The notes below the pieces were generated by a model, which saw only the letters and a program-made list of their open reading frames with translations, was not told the DNA's origin and searched no databases. Below are positions 1 to 19,200 of a stretch of DNA of 64,000 nucleotides, piece by piece. The stretch is taken from NCBI GenBank assembly GCA_001949185.1, contig BDGG01000006.1, positions 230,827 to 294,826 on the forward strand, written 5' to 3'. The position numbers and the translations under genes were made by a program. Each line of letters begins with the position of its first letter. The first letter of the stretch is position 1. The DNA comes from Ramazzottius varieornatus (Eukaryota > Animalia > Tardigrada).

Positions 1-283
1 GAAAGCATTCAAGGTTAAAGAAGAAGCTTCCTCATGCAATTTCTCCCTTATGCGCAACCGCGGTTTGTTTTTATAGAACCTAAACTATCAGAAGCTGTAC
101 GATAGTATGGAAAGTGGGGCGCGTTGGATCTTTGACGGGCGTAATATCTTGGACCATCAGAAGCTGATGGAGACGGGCTTCCAAGTACACTGTGTCGGCA
201 AAGCCCTCCATCTGCAGAATGGCCGACGGAGCAGCGGCCTGACCAATGGCCATGCTTTTCCATTCCACAATGGGGATCACTAA
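1..283 (+). CDS. UGDH: UDP-glucose 6-dehydrogenase, 3' end (partial)
   Basis: Exon tail 1-13 (KAFK), GT-AG intron 14-76, last exon 77-283 NLNYQKLYDSMESGARWIFDGRNILDHQKLMETGFQVHCVGK, matching the UGDH C-terminal FDGR motif; TAA at 281-283. Confidence 0.85.
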
Positions 284-1659
284 CTAACATTCATTTCTCC
301 TTGCTTCTGTTGTTGGTCAATAGCCACAGATTAGCCGATCTTCCTTATATGCTGGTGATACGGGCTCTTGCCTAATGGCTTTTCACGAGCTTTACGCCTT
401 GTTTATACGTCAAGTTTTATACTCTTTTGTTGTTTTACTCAACTGAGCGTCCAACTTAGCTCGGTTCTAATTTCTCTCGTCTTATCTCGTTCGTTTTTTA
501 AATTCTTTGCTTGTTATTTGGCGGGTTTACAGTTTGTTGACCGATTGCTACGATTGCTGTTCACAAGCATCAAAATTAAATCGAGTTCTTTTCTCCGTTT
601 TGCCCGTCAAGGTTCCCTCACTTGGACAACTTCCGCTGTCGCTCCGTGTTCCGCGAAATACTTTGGAAAATCGAGCGATTGTACGTCCGGGATAAATCTG
701 TCCGCCAGACAGAACCCATTGTCACAGCTTGGCAAGTACCTGCTGCACCTAAGAACCCACAACCAGTTATCAATATTTCGGTTCGCCGACTGTTCCGAAG
801 CTGGGTCAGTAATTTGTTGTTAACGGTGGCTGGTCGCCTGGTGCTCCGAGGGAGGTCCATTTAGAGTTACGTCATCGCTTCAACAGTGCAAAAAGTTTAG
901 TTTACATTAGGCAGTCAACTTATGGGAAGACTATCCATCGTCAAAGAAGGGATCTTCGCAGTACCGTGTAGCTGTTCCGTTGTGGAAGCTGTTACAGACT
1001 TGGGAAATTAACGGATACTCTAGTGCGAGGATTAAGCAGGACGCGTTTTGGCATCGGGTCAGGCGAAGTGACTGTCTGTTTTATCGCACACCGGCCATCA
1101 GCTGACAAAGTCCATCCCCAGCTGCAGATAAGGCCAAACTCTTCCGTACTACCTGGACGGACACCAGAAACAAACTGTAAGTACCCTTCCCAAAAGCCCG
1201 CCGATTGATTCTAATCACGTTTGTAGCTGTTAGAAACTTAGATTATACGAGCGTTCTCGTAGCTGTGGGGATCAAGGCTGGGATTTCCGCTGCGAAGACG
1301 GCGGCACCCGTGATCGAGGAGAGGAGCGATCTCGACCCAGTGCTGCCCGTTTTAAGGTAAAACTACCTCTTGTTCGTCTGTGGACAGATCTGGAATTGGA
1401 AACAGATTGGTCGCAATTGAAGAATGACGTTTGCTTGCCGTTTTAATGTATGGCGCTGCATTACGGATGAACCTGCGCATGGCGTTATACTCTTCCAATG
1501 TAGTTCTGCGTCACTTTGGCGAACCCATGATATGATTCCCGAAATAATCCCTCTGATCGATGACTGCGTGTGCCCAGTATAAATTCGTTCTGTTCTTCGT
1601 AGGTAACAGGCGGATATCCGGACAAGCCTTGTCGTTGATGATCGTTAACCGGCTTGGCC

Positions 1660-3011
1660 ATGTCATCCACCACCTCGACTGCGCTCCCAGGCGCCGTTCT
1701 ACGCAACCCTCTGGGCAGCCTCAGCTGGGAGACTGGACCAGCCGTGACAGGCTTCGTAGCCCACGGCACTGACGCTCTGGAGCTGACGGACTATGAAGCA
1801 CTACCACCCACTGTCAGTACGGGCACGCACATGATGGCCGGAGCTATGGCCGGAATCATGGAACATTGCGTTATGTATCCCATCGACTCTGTCAAGGTAT
1901 GCAAGTCTATTGGTTCTGGGTGCGCTTTTGTACAGTGTGTTGGCCGTTACAGACGCGGATGCAGAGTCTGAGGGTGAGGACAGCCTACCGTGGTCCGGTG
2001 GACGCCTTGTTCAAGATGGTCAGCACGGAAGGTGTACTGAGGCCAGTGCGGGGTATCCAGGCCGTCTTTATGGGTGCCGGACCAGCGCATGCCATGTTCT
2101 TTGCCTGTTATGAAAGCAGTAAGGACGTCCTGGAAGCCAAGCTGGGTCATGGACCTTTAGCTCATGCTCTGGCTGGCTCGGCGGCTGCCGTCTTCCACGA
2201 CGCCGTCATGAACCCCGCCGAAGTGGTCAAGCAACGCATGCAAATGTTCTCCAGCCCCTACCGCAACTGCACACAGTGCTTCATGGACATTTGGAGAAAG
2301 GAAGGACCCGGCGCTTTCTACCGCAGCTATTTCACTCAACTTACCATGAATATTCCCTTCCAAGTAAGTCCACTTCGATAGTCATTATAAAATACTCCCC
2401 AGACTTTTCTCACCAAGTTTCAGTTTGTTCGGCCCTTTTTCTACAAAAGTACCGGTCAAGGCCGTGCCGGGCACGGCCTTGACAAGTATGCTGTGAGTTA
2501 CGTAATTCGTAGAAAAATTGCAAAAAACTAGAGGACGCTTGGCACTTGTCGACGAGATGGTTTTGCCTGAAGAATAGGAGGCTTTTGGCTTAGGGCTTTT
2601 CATTGTTGGAGTTTGACGTGGTGTTTGGGTGGGTTGTAGGGTCTTCACTTTATGATATACGAAGTGATGCAAGATTCGATGAACCCGACACGGAGATATG
2701 ATCCGCGTTCCCATGTGGTGTCCGGTGCCGTAGCCGGTGCCATTGCCGCGGCCTTCACCACCCCTTTGGATGTCTGCAAGACACTGCTCAACACCCAAGA
2801 GTTATGTGCCTTCAACCAAGACTCGAGCAAAGCCGTCCGCGGCCTACCACAAGCCATCAAGGCCATCTACCGCTGTTGTGGCTTCCGCGGCTACTTTCAG
2901 GGTTTACAGGCCCGTGTCATTTTTCAAATGCCCTCCACGGCCATTTCCTGGTCCGTCTATGAGTTTTTCAAATACTTTGTTGCCAAACAATCCAACGCCC
3001 CTTCTTCTTGA
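1660..3011 (+). CDS. mfrn: Mitoferrin, mitochondrial iron carrier (SLC25A37/28 family)
   Basis: Exons 1660-1896, 1953-2363 and 2640-3011 splice in frame. [51 protein letters not shown] and [13 protein letters not shown] are carrier repeats typical of mitoferrin. Confidence 0.95.
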
Positions 3012-6000
3012 GAAGAAAAGAGAACGTTTTCTGTCCTCGTTGTCCTGATGACTTGATGTCGATCCCGTGTTCTACCCCCTTCAGTCTGACATGATGACGT
3101 GCCTTTCGCCCAGTCTTGGTTGATCATACTTTAACAGAGAGGTTTCAAATTTGAGACAAAGGGTGTCGACTGCTTATACAAGGTTTTCCACGCCTTTTTG
3201 CCTGGATTGTTTATTTATGGCTAATTAAAGGTTGAAGTGTTTGAGTAGTACAGTAAAGGCGAATGGGAAAGCTTGACGTTGATGGAGGATCCAGACGAGG
3301 TCTTTCGGCAGGGACTGGAAAAGAGGGAGAGATTGTGAGAAGGGGGTCCTCGTTGACTGGGCTTGTTTTAAATTGCAAATTTGTTGTGACTGGCAGCAAT
3401 TGAGGGTTGGAGGGAGATTGTAGTGGTGTAATTGAATCTGTGGACTGTCAAGTTGCGCCGAAGGTCGCCAGGGATTGCCAGTCAATTACGATGGCTCCAA
3501 ACTTTAATCATGACAATGTCACTGTTGTCTTGGACTCTTGTCCCTCTTCCTCTCTGCATCCTTGACAGTCTGACGTCGTTTGTCTTCTCCATTTTCCACT
3601 GTCGAATGTTGACTTTTGATCTACTTTCAGCAATTGTAAATTTAGCGGACTGGAGGAATTCCCTGGTGTTAACCATGTCCGCAACGGCCTAAAAGGATGC
3701 TAAAAGAGGGGCCAAAAAGCTGTCACAATCCATGAAATACTCCAAAGGACACAGATACTGTCAAATACAGTTGTTGTCCGACTTTAACAAGATGAGAAAA
3801 GCAATTCCTCGGAGGCTCAAACTTTGCGTACTCGTACCATAGCGAGGAACCCTGGTTCTTTTGGCTGTTTGGATATTCCGATCGACTCCTCCGTGTCGGA
3901 AATTAAGGCGGAAGCTGTTTCCGTACAGGTGGCATAAACATTGGTAGGGATGAGCATCGAAGCTGTAAGGAATAGATAAATAATGATGGTATAAGTGGAT
4001 TAAGGGAAGGGGAATCAATTGGGGGAGACTGGGGTTTGTGTCGAGGTTTAGGGTAATGGTCACGCAAGGTGCGCATTTGGAGGAAGTGAAGGTAGAGCTA
4101 GCTGGCCATTATCCGCTTCCTTGTGATGGCTAATGTGATGGTTTCCGCTGGCTGGACTGTGGCATTTGTCAGCGGAAGGATGAGGTCACGCTATGGCGCC
4201 ATATCCAGGCCGTGCTGTACAATGGTTAGGCTCTTCGTCTTCCTTTAGCTAAAGCTTACAGCCCGACATGGCTGCTACTTAACCTCTGTCATGACGGCCA
4301 TAGCTGCCATTATTCTTGCATCAAAATAGAATTATACCATCAAGTCATTTCCCCATTTGCAAGCCTTTAGAATGGGGTAAAGGTCCCTTTGCCTCCTTCC
4401 ACACATCTGTCCATCTTCATCCTTCTGTTGTTCACGGATATACACAGGTATGTTGCAGGAACGCAATGGCATCTAATCATATTAATCGACCATTGCCGAG
4501 CTACTTTACGCGCCTTGCGTGTTGCGCTGCTGCTGGAGTACTTCTTCCTTTCATAGCTGGCTGCACACCTATGCCAACATATATCAGAAGGATATTTCTC
4601 TCATTTCCTCGGACGAGCTTCCTGCATCTGTTGTGTTGCGCGCCAAGGCGAGTACAGCTAGATTTCTGGACAAAGGTGAACAGTTGAAGTTCGAAGGGCG
4701 CCGACGGAGGTCTTGGATAAATAAACTGAGTTTTCCCGGCTACATGATGATACCATTATAAGAGGACAGAGTACAGCGGGAATGAACTGCTAGCCGGCAA
4801 GGGGATTATAGGAAGGCTATAATAAAAGAGGAATGACTGCTTTGGCTGCACAGTGACCATCTGTTAGGTTTCATCTCTCATTACATCCTCATTCGTCGCA
4901 GATTACTCTTGTCATTTTTCCTGACCTAACTTCATCAAACAACATTGTGCCTCCTTTATGATGTCGCTGTACTTTGAAATTTGGAAATATTAAGTGCGTT
5001 AACAGAATATGTTACGCGTAGACTGTACGTTCGCTTCCCGTGTGGTGGGAAAAACGCGTTGCTTTGATCGATGGTTTGTATAAGAAGAAAATGATAGGAA
5101 AGTCGCAGCGTGCTCAGAAAAATACCGATATGTTTCAGAAACGAATGTTGTTGCTTGTTGATCAGCAAATAGCTTGATTGATAGTAATAGAGAATCATGG
5201 CGGAGCGAAGGTTCACAGGCTGAGGCTAGGCAGGAACGTGTACGCAGAGCCGATGCATAAATAAAGGAGGACAACATTTCAAAATGGATGAGACTTTGTC
5301 CCTATGGTTGTGTGAAGGGTGTATGTTGATATAATAAGGAAGGTCTCGGCCGGCATAATTCTTATAAAATTATTGGATTGCGTCGACCAGATAGCAGATG
5401 ATCGGTGAAATACTAGACACATTTTCGGTTATGTATATATGCCTGATGAAGGCAAGGAGGAGCCGTGTACATGTTGAAGGGAGATGGGATGCTGATAATT
5501 GTGATTGGTTTGCTGGCATGCATGCATACATGCATCTACCCTTGCCGGGGAGTATGGATCGTGGAGATGATGATTGTAGTTGGGTGGGAGCTCCGCCCTG
5601 GTTGCAGCCAATGAAGAGAAGACATTCCCTGGAGGACAGCGGCAATGCACATGGGACATGCATCCCTCATCCGCTGCCCGTAATTCCCTCTGCTGCACTC
5701 ATCCATTTCTTCTTCCCTTAATTCCTCCAGTTTGCTGCGCTGCCTGCCTTGCAGGCAGTAATCATTCATTGCCATGCAAAGGACTGCACATCTATAGCTG
5801 GCTCTTCTATCGCTACATCATGCCATCCTTATTTATGAGCTGCTGAACCATCTTTACTTTCTCGCTCTTGCACAAAACTTTCCTTCCTTCCTTCGGCAAT
5901 TTTTCGGATATGTCTTCTGAGCTGAACGGGAAGACTGTTGTTTGAGTTGGTCGGCTTTGTGTGGCTTTTGGGCCTTTTTTTTCTGCTGGCCAGCTTTGGT

Positions 6001-7189
6001 GGCGCGTGGTCCTGAGGGAGTGGATTGAGGAAGCTGTGTTGCGTCGCGGCAGAGGAGGAGGACGCAGTGGTCCTATTGTGGTGGGCAAAGTGTGTGGATT
6101 AATTGATCATTGGGTCTTTGTGGGGTCGGAAGGCAGTCAGGTCTCTGTTGGGAGTATCGGCCCAACAACGGCCCAAGGAAGCTGGAGGATAATCGGCCGG
6201 CCACGTGCGTCCCACTAACGTTGGCCGGAAAGGCTGGTCAGAACAACTGGGATTTGTGAGCCGCACTGTTGCATTCCCCAACGCCGCACGATAAGCATAT
6301 CCCCGTACGGCCACCTACACAGATAAAGCATAGTCTTTTGCATCAATTAAGCCATACTCCCAAGTCACCCTGGGCCCCAGCTCTGCATCCGGAGTAGCGC
6401 ATCGGGATTCGCCACTGTAGTCAGCCAGTGCGGTAAGTGTTTAATGTGTTATTAAACAACAATAAGCAATCTCCTCTTGATCAACATTAATAATTGCACG
6501 CCATTTCCCCTCGCATCGCTCCCCATCTCATCGTCCACTGTCACAACACACTGGTTGTTCAGATCGAAGATGCTGTATGTAGGCTATGGCCATAAAGTCA
6601 AGTCGCGACCTCGCGGCCGGTCTAACCAACCCTTCGCATGTACTCGTTCGATGATTGATCAATCATCAGTCGGTCTTTCTTTGTCAGTTTTTATTTCAAG
6701 ACTTTTCGGCCACACGCCAAAACATTTCATCTACACGAAAAAATGATGATTCGTTCCCGAGAATAATATCGAGACTTCTTTAGTCTTGGAGGAAAGCGCA
6801 CCTCGCCAGTCAAACGTCTTTCAGTCGTATTAGTATCAAAGGGCGGATGAGACAAACGATGACCTTTCACTTTTCCCCAGTGATGACACCATTCACACCA
6901 GCCTATCTCTGGTTTTTCTGGGAAGCACGCGTATGAAGCCAATAGGGTCCCACGACGATGCTGCTAGAAAAAACAAGGCTTGAAAAAGCAGTCAAAAGAA
7001 ACTGCAGAAACAGTACATATCAAAAAGCATTTGTAGACTTGACCATTATTCACTGCGTAATCCGCATTGATCATTATGCCACTCTGTTTACAGGAAGAAG
7101 CGGCAGCATATTTGGCAAGAAAAATTCGTTGGGGGAAAGGCTTTGGCTGATTTGAGCATAGTCTTGTATGGTGGGTCCATGCACAACAA

Positions 7190-13392
<6,203 letters not shown>

Positions 13393-13758
13393 GCCCCTTC
13401 TATGTACCTGACTGCAGTTGGGGACAGAAGACGAGACAGACTGGACAGTATTAGACTCGACATTGGTTACAATAGCCCAGTGGCTTCCTGCACCTTCGCC
13501 CCCCACCTAGTCATCCTTCTAGTCAAAAGACCCTCTCTTCGCCTGACGCAAAAATCACGGTCTTTTAGCCCTATACCCAGTGCTAAAATCATCTTTATCC
13601 AGTGTTTATTCAGCGAAATACCGATGGTAACTTGTATTCAGTATCTCGTACACTGTACGACCATGTCTTGAATTTCACTAAAAGAGAAAAAAGTCTACAA
13701 CGACTTATCCTTTCAAAAAACTCTTCGGGACGTTGATAAGGTGGCTGACAGGTAGGAA

Positions 13759-15432
13759 CTATGTTTGGTTAGGAGTTTCTGGAGCAAGCTGGCTCAGCAG
13801 AGTACGATTGGAGCTAGTTGACTCCAGTGTGGGTCGACCTGTGGCAGCTATAGCCTTCTTTTCCTTAGTGGCGGTCGCCTGCCAGCGGTTGGTATTGGTA
13901 CTAAAAGCCGACATCTGGCTCTTTCGATAGTGAAAGGGGTTCTTGGTCGATTGGCCCAGCTGATAAAGACCTTGACGGAACATGCTACTGACACCGTAAT
14001 ACAGCAGGAAGTTGACCGAGTAGTTGATGTTGATGGTGAGGCCCACAACACGGGCGAACGTGGCCAAGGAGGCCTCGGTGAAGGTCCAGCGACAAAAAGG
14101 GGCGTGCTGAAGCAGCTTCAGAACGTTAAAGACGAAAGCAGGCGCTTGAGTGGTAATGTACAAAAGAGCGCAGGCCAACAGCATGTACAAGGCTTGATGA
14201 TCGCGAAGCGGGCCGGCTGGAGGACTGGTGCTGACCGAGCGCTGTGGTTCTTCAAGACGTCGGCAACTAGAGCTGCTGCCAGAAGGCTCCTGGAAGGCAA
14301 AGCGCCTCTGCCGAGCTAAAGCCACGCAGACGGCCATGTTGACGCTCAGGATGATCAGGAAGGTCACTACTGGAACGACCAGCTGCACAGATCAAAGAAA
14401 CTGTACTGACTGGACTTCCAACAGGTCTATTATGATATTGGGACTAGCACTTACCACGGACCATTCGTAGATCTCATGCCAACGTTGTTGGAAGACGGGA
14501 GGGCGGATGAGGGCCACCGGGCATCGTGGGTCGTCGTTGTTGTAGAACCAGTAGTAGTCGAACAAGTTGAACATGGAGTACAGGCTGGCCAAGAGGAAGA
14601 CTAGTACCACCAGCAAGGCTGCTCGTCGCTTGCTGCTGTGGACATTGTAATACAGTGGGTAAATGACAGCAATCAGCCGCTCAGTGCTGAAGAGCACCAG
14701 AATCCTGTAACCGGTTTATAGTTTGTCGAGGTATGAAACAGCCAATCAAGTTGGGCCTAATTATAGGACTCTTACCAGTCCGACGAGGTGATGAACATTT
14801 CTTGAAAGAACGTGCAGGTGCCAGAGATGGCTTCCATCAATGACTTGAAGGCACCATGGCTCATTAGTCCTTCGTAATTCGACAGGTACGGGAAGAACTG
14901 CGCCCACCTGCAAAAACAAAAATGGAAGAAGATATTACTTGAAGGTCAAACCAAAATTGCCGGTAAACAAAAATAAGGCGAGGTCAACGAGCCATGAATA
15001 AAAAATGAAAATATCAAGCATCGCCTCGGGTAAAAAAGTCATTATTTTGGCTGTTGGAACTTTTTGTTTTTATGCACTTGACAATATAGCGTAAAGTGAG
15101 GCCACTCACATGAAGAGGAAATCGGAGATGGCCAGCGCGATCAAGTAGACCCTTTTGACGCTTTTGGCTTCGCGGGCCAGTACCAAGAAGGTTAGGAGGT
15201 TGCCGATGGAGCAGATGGCCAAAAAGATGGGATAAGCAATGAGGATGGCATAACGAGCGGGGTGCTTCTGGACAATGGTCATGTTCAGGACAGGATGTCC
15301 GCAACTGTCTAGACCGATGCCTGACTGTTGGACATCCAGGTCGTTCAGCGACAGGTTCAGTGCCAGGAACTCGCTGCATGTCGAAAAGCGCAGTTCTTCA
15401 AACTCGCCGTCCTCCGTCATGTTGGCCGTCAT
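13759..15432 (-). CDS. Rhodopsin-class GPCR, FMRFamide/peptide-receptor-like
   Basis: Exons 15432-15110, 14907-14776, 14704-14455, 14382-13759. TM1 GN, TM2 LAISD, TM3 STERLIAV (DRY-like), TM7 NYSVNFLLY, and N-glycosylation sequons in the N-terminus. Confidence 0.85.
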
Positions 15433-16279
15433 TTCAACGCCACAGCCAGTTCCTTTGACTAAGAGCTCTTGCAGAGCGCTGCCATTTTGCAATGGAGGTT
15501 AATATCGATCTTCAGACTAAAACCTGCAAAGTCGAGCTGAGCAGCAGCTTGCATAATTTACCCGCCACTCTGCAAGGGGTCGCCATTACACACGGCGCTA
15601 CGTGCACATTACTTTCTAAGCAGCAGCAGCAGCATCAAAGAGAACGTAAAACTAGTGAAAGCCTCTGTCGGTAAGTTAGTCTTGAACATGGTGAAGAAAT
15701 GTTAATAGTTCCGGTATATCATAACCATATTCAATCGGTGTTCAGGCTGCACACTGTACGTATACCGCATGACGCCGTAGGCAAAAAATGTAAAGCGGAA
15801 GTGGCATTACGTCAGTCCTAAGCGGTACGCCGCGCCACTGTCATTTCCAACAAGCGCTATTAACAATCCTGAGGACTTGAAGAGAAGAAAACAATGGACA
15901 AAAACATGTGTTGTTACAGCGAGACGCTCGACTGCTTGAGAGGCCTGCACGACGTCAGAGCACCACCCTATCGTACTGACCAACGCATCCCGCAATAATG
16001 GAAACAAAAAGTAAAGATGCGCGCCCAAGAGCTTGTCTTGTTTGCAAGCATGGTTACGCAACGATGTAGGCACGCGGAGACTGACGCTGAATCACAGATA
16101 TATCTTTAAAGAACTCGTTTGCCCATACCTGATCGAGACCAAGCCAACCGTCACATAGACCATCTGATCGCTTTCATAGGCGGGATGATAAACTTTAATA
16201 TGCTCGGCACAGGCAATAAGCAACAAGGAAAATAGATAAATTTAAATCAACTCTGTACAGAGACGTAAAAGAACTCTTT

Positions 16280-19200
16280 TCAGTCTGACTCTTGCAACAA
16301 TTTGACAGCTGGAATGGACGGTGATAAAGCCTGTCTGCTGTGGCGCAGTCTTTGTCTGAATGGGGCTGAAGGCCCGGCAGCCACGATGGCTTCTTCCCCC
16401 TCGACATCGCCGCTTCCTTCGACCACTTCCGGTCTGCCTGCCGACGACATCTCTGTTGATACAGAGGGCGTGGTGGTCGCCGTGGCGCCCGTCAGTACGG
16501 TACCATTGTCCAATGCCCAACCGCTACTCGTCACGTACGACACCGCTGTTGTGGCGTTGGCGCTGGTGCTTTTGTTGGCCGAGACAATAGTACCATTTGG
16601 AAACAGTGTGGCATTGTTGACCGCAGTGCTTGTAGCGTTGATTAAGACGGTAACGATGACGGTTGGAGTGACGTTGGTCCCAGATGTGGAGCTGTCCGTC
16701 CCCTGGGAAGAAGGTGTCAATGTAGATTCGCTCACGTTAAAGGCAGTGGTAGCTTCCACCGTGGTTACTATTGTGGTGGTGGTTTCGTCGGCCGGTGTTG
16801 TGCTGTTGGCCGGGAACTCGGTACCGGTGGCGTTGACAGGTATGAGGACAATGACGGTTGTGTTAGCGACAGGCTCAGTCGACTTGTCCGCGGAGACCGT
16901 AGTCTGCCACGGAAGAGTAGTGTTTGCGGTCTCGTCGAATGATGTAGTCTTAGGTGCTGGTAGCTCGGTGGCGTTGACAGGAACGATGACGATGGAAGTT
17001 TCGGTCGTATTGCTGCCGGAAGCGGGGGCAATATCGGTCTGCAAGTCAGGCTGGATAGTTGTTCGGTCGTTATTCAAAGTTGGTGTGGAAGAGTCGGTGG
17101 TAGCGGTCTGGTCGGCAGGGGATGAAGTGATGGACGAAGTGGTGGTGCTTTCGTTGGTGGTATCATTGGCCGTCACGTTAGGCACAAGGAGCGTGGTGGT
17201 CTGTGCGACCTGTGAGGTCTCGGTTGTGACGCCATCTGTCGGCCCTTCCGTCCTAGTCGGCCAGGATGAAGCATTAGTGGTGTCCACAGATGGCGTGGCC
17301 ATCGAAGTGCTAAAAAAGGGGGCAGTTTCCGTGGATGCAGCGGAACTTGTCTCCGGCAAGGAGGTGGTTGACGTTATTGGCTGTGTAGTGGAAAAAGGGA
17401 AAGTGGTGGTCGGGTTGGCAGTAGAAGAGGTCGTTGGGGCCTCGACTGTTGTTGTACTGGTCTCTGCTGGGCTGGATGTGGAGGAAGCCATAGAGCTAGC
17501 TGCAGTCGTTGACCAGCTAGAGGAGCTATCGTCACCCTGCCTTGACTTATCAGCTTCAGCTGTGGCAGTAAAGTTGCCTTCTGCCCTGGTACTGTTCCAG
17601 TCACTAGACTGGGTTGAGGTCCAGCTGACGGTAGTGAAAGATGGCTCCTGCGTGATATTCAGTGCTGTCGTCTCGGTAGAAGAAACTGTACTTGGCCTGG
17701 ACGAAGCATCGCTGGTCGGCGTGGTCAATGGAGATTCACTTGTCGAATTAATGTTGCCTTCCGTTGTTGTGTTCAATCTGGGACTCAGTGTTGTAGTACT
17801 CTCCATTGTGGTGTACGCTGTGGTTGAAGCAGGCTCCTGTGTGACATTAACGGCCACCACTACCGCACTTACGGTGGTCGACGGGCTGGAAGATGCTGTG
17901 CTGGACGGAGAGGTGGTAGCCTCAACAGTCTCAGTGGCATTCAACAAGGATAAAGTCGTACTACTCGAGCTGACTTCCGCTGCAGGCGTGCTGTTGGTTA
18001 CAGAAGACGGTGTGGTGGGGCTGCTCGTCTGCTTACTGACTACCGTTGTCGTCGGCAATGTGCTAGTCTCCGTGGTCACAGTGACGGCTGTCGTTGAAGT
18101 ACTACCATCGGTGGTGGTACTGTTCGATGAGGCTGTAGTGGTGCCATTGATACTGGATGCAGTGGCATTCACTGTGGCTTTAGTGGTAGTCAGCGCTTCC
18201 ACGGTGGTTACATTGACAGTGGGTGAGATTGTGGTGGTAATAGTGGTCTCGTTACCGGTCAGAAAGGTGCTGGGAAGACACAAGCGTAAGTTAGCAACAA
18301 AGGTGTGCGCTGGCGGGCAGTGGCGCAGTTTGGGCAGCCCATTGGAACACTGGAAGTAACGGTCATCTCTGACGGGGTGATTGAAGAGGCCGTTGACTTG
18401 TGGGCAGCGGAAAGGGGCTGCCGGACTGGGCGTGGTAGTCGTGGTGGTACTGGGCGTGGATCGGGGCTGACCATGGCGAGGTTCAGGTCGACGAGAACAG
18501 GTCACGTAGTCGGGCCAGTCGCACACCTTGATTTCGGCGTTGAAGAGAAGATGCGCCGGGCAGGTTAGTTGGTAGGCCAAGCCGTTGACGCACTGGAAGA
18601 AACGCCGGCAGTTGTCAAAGTCCGGAAAGTAGCCGGTCCGGTGCGGACAGCGGAACCTGTGATGAGAAACGGGAACTATATTTCCTGCAGAAGAAATACA
18701 GTTAAAATTGCAGTTTTAACAGAAGAGGAGAAATCGACAAGATTATATCTTGAAATAAAATGTACCGTGTGAGCAGGTGCGAGAACTTGCGTGTTGGCAT
18801 TGGCCCACCTCTTTGACGAACAGCTGGTCTTCCGGGCAACGCATCGTTTGCAGATGCCAGTTGCTGCAGCGATAGTAGCGGACACAGTCGAACGGATGAG
18901 GAAACTGACCGTCAGGCACCGGACACTGGAAGAACGAAGGCGCAGCTGGACGATTGGCAGTTGTCATTGCGGCTGAAGCACCCTTCGGATGCCTTGGCGC
19001 CTTCGTCGTCGTCGTCGGCGGCGGCGGTGCAGTGGGTGCAGCTTCGGGCGTGACGACTTTCCCGTTGATACATTGCGAACCACTCAGCCACTCACAACGC
19101 TGTAAACAATCGCAATGGAATCATCCGCATACTTTGAATCCTTTATTTTCCATTTTCTTTCCACCTATAGAGCTGGGCAAACAACCTCGACCAGAGCGAT

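Noticed and set aside
877-895. GCTTCAACAGTGC upstream of mitoferrin, resembling the 5' half and loop of a ferritin iron-responsive element
   Set aside because: The 3' arm is AAAAA rather than TTGAA/TTGGA, so the upper stem cannot form; it also appears to lie in a leader intron.
3012-7189. Numerous 60-120 aa ORFs upstream of COE
   Set aside because: No domain signatures or coherent exon chains; consistent with UTR and regulatory DNA.
16302-18359. 685-aa Val-rich ORF on the + strand
   Set aside because: Antisense shadow of the Thr/Ser-rich mucin exon, whose codons rarely give stops on the opposite strand.
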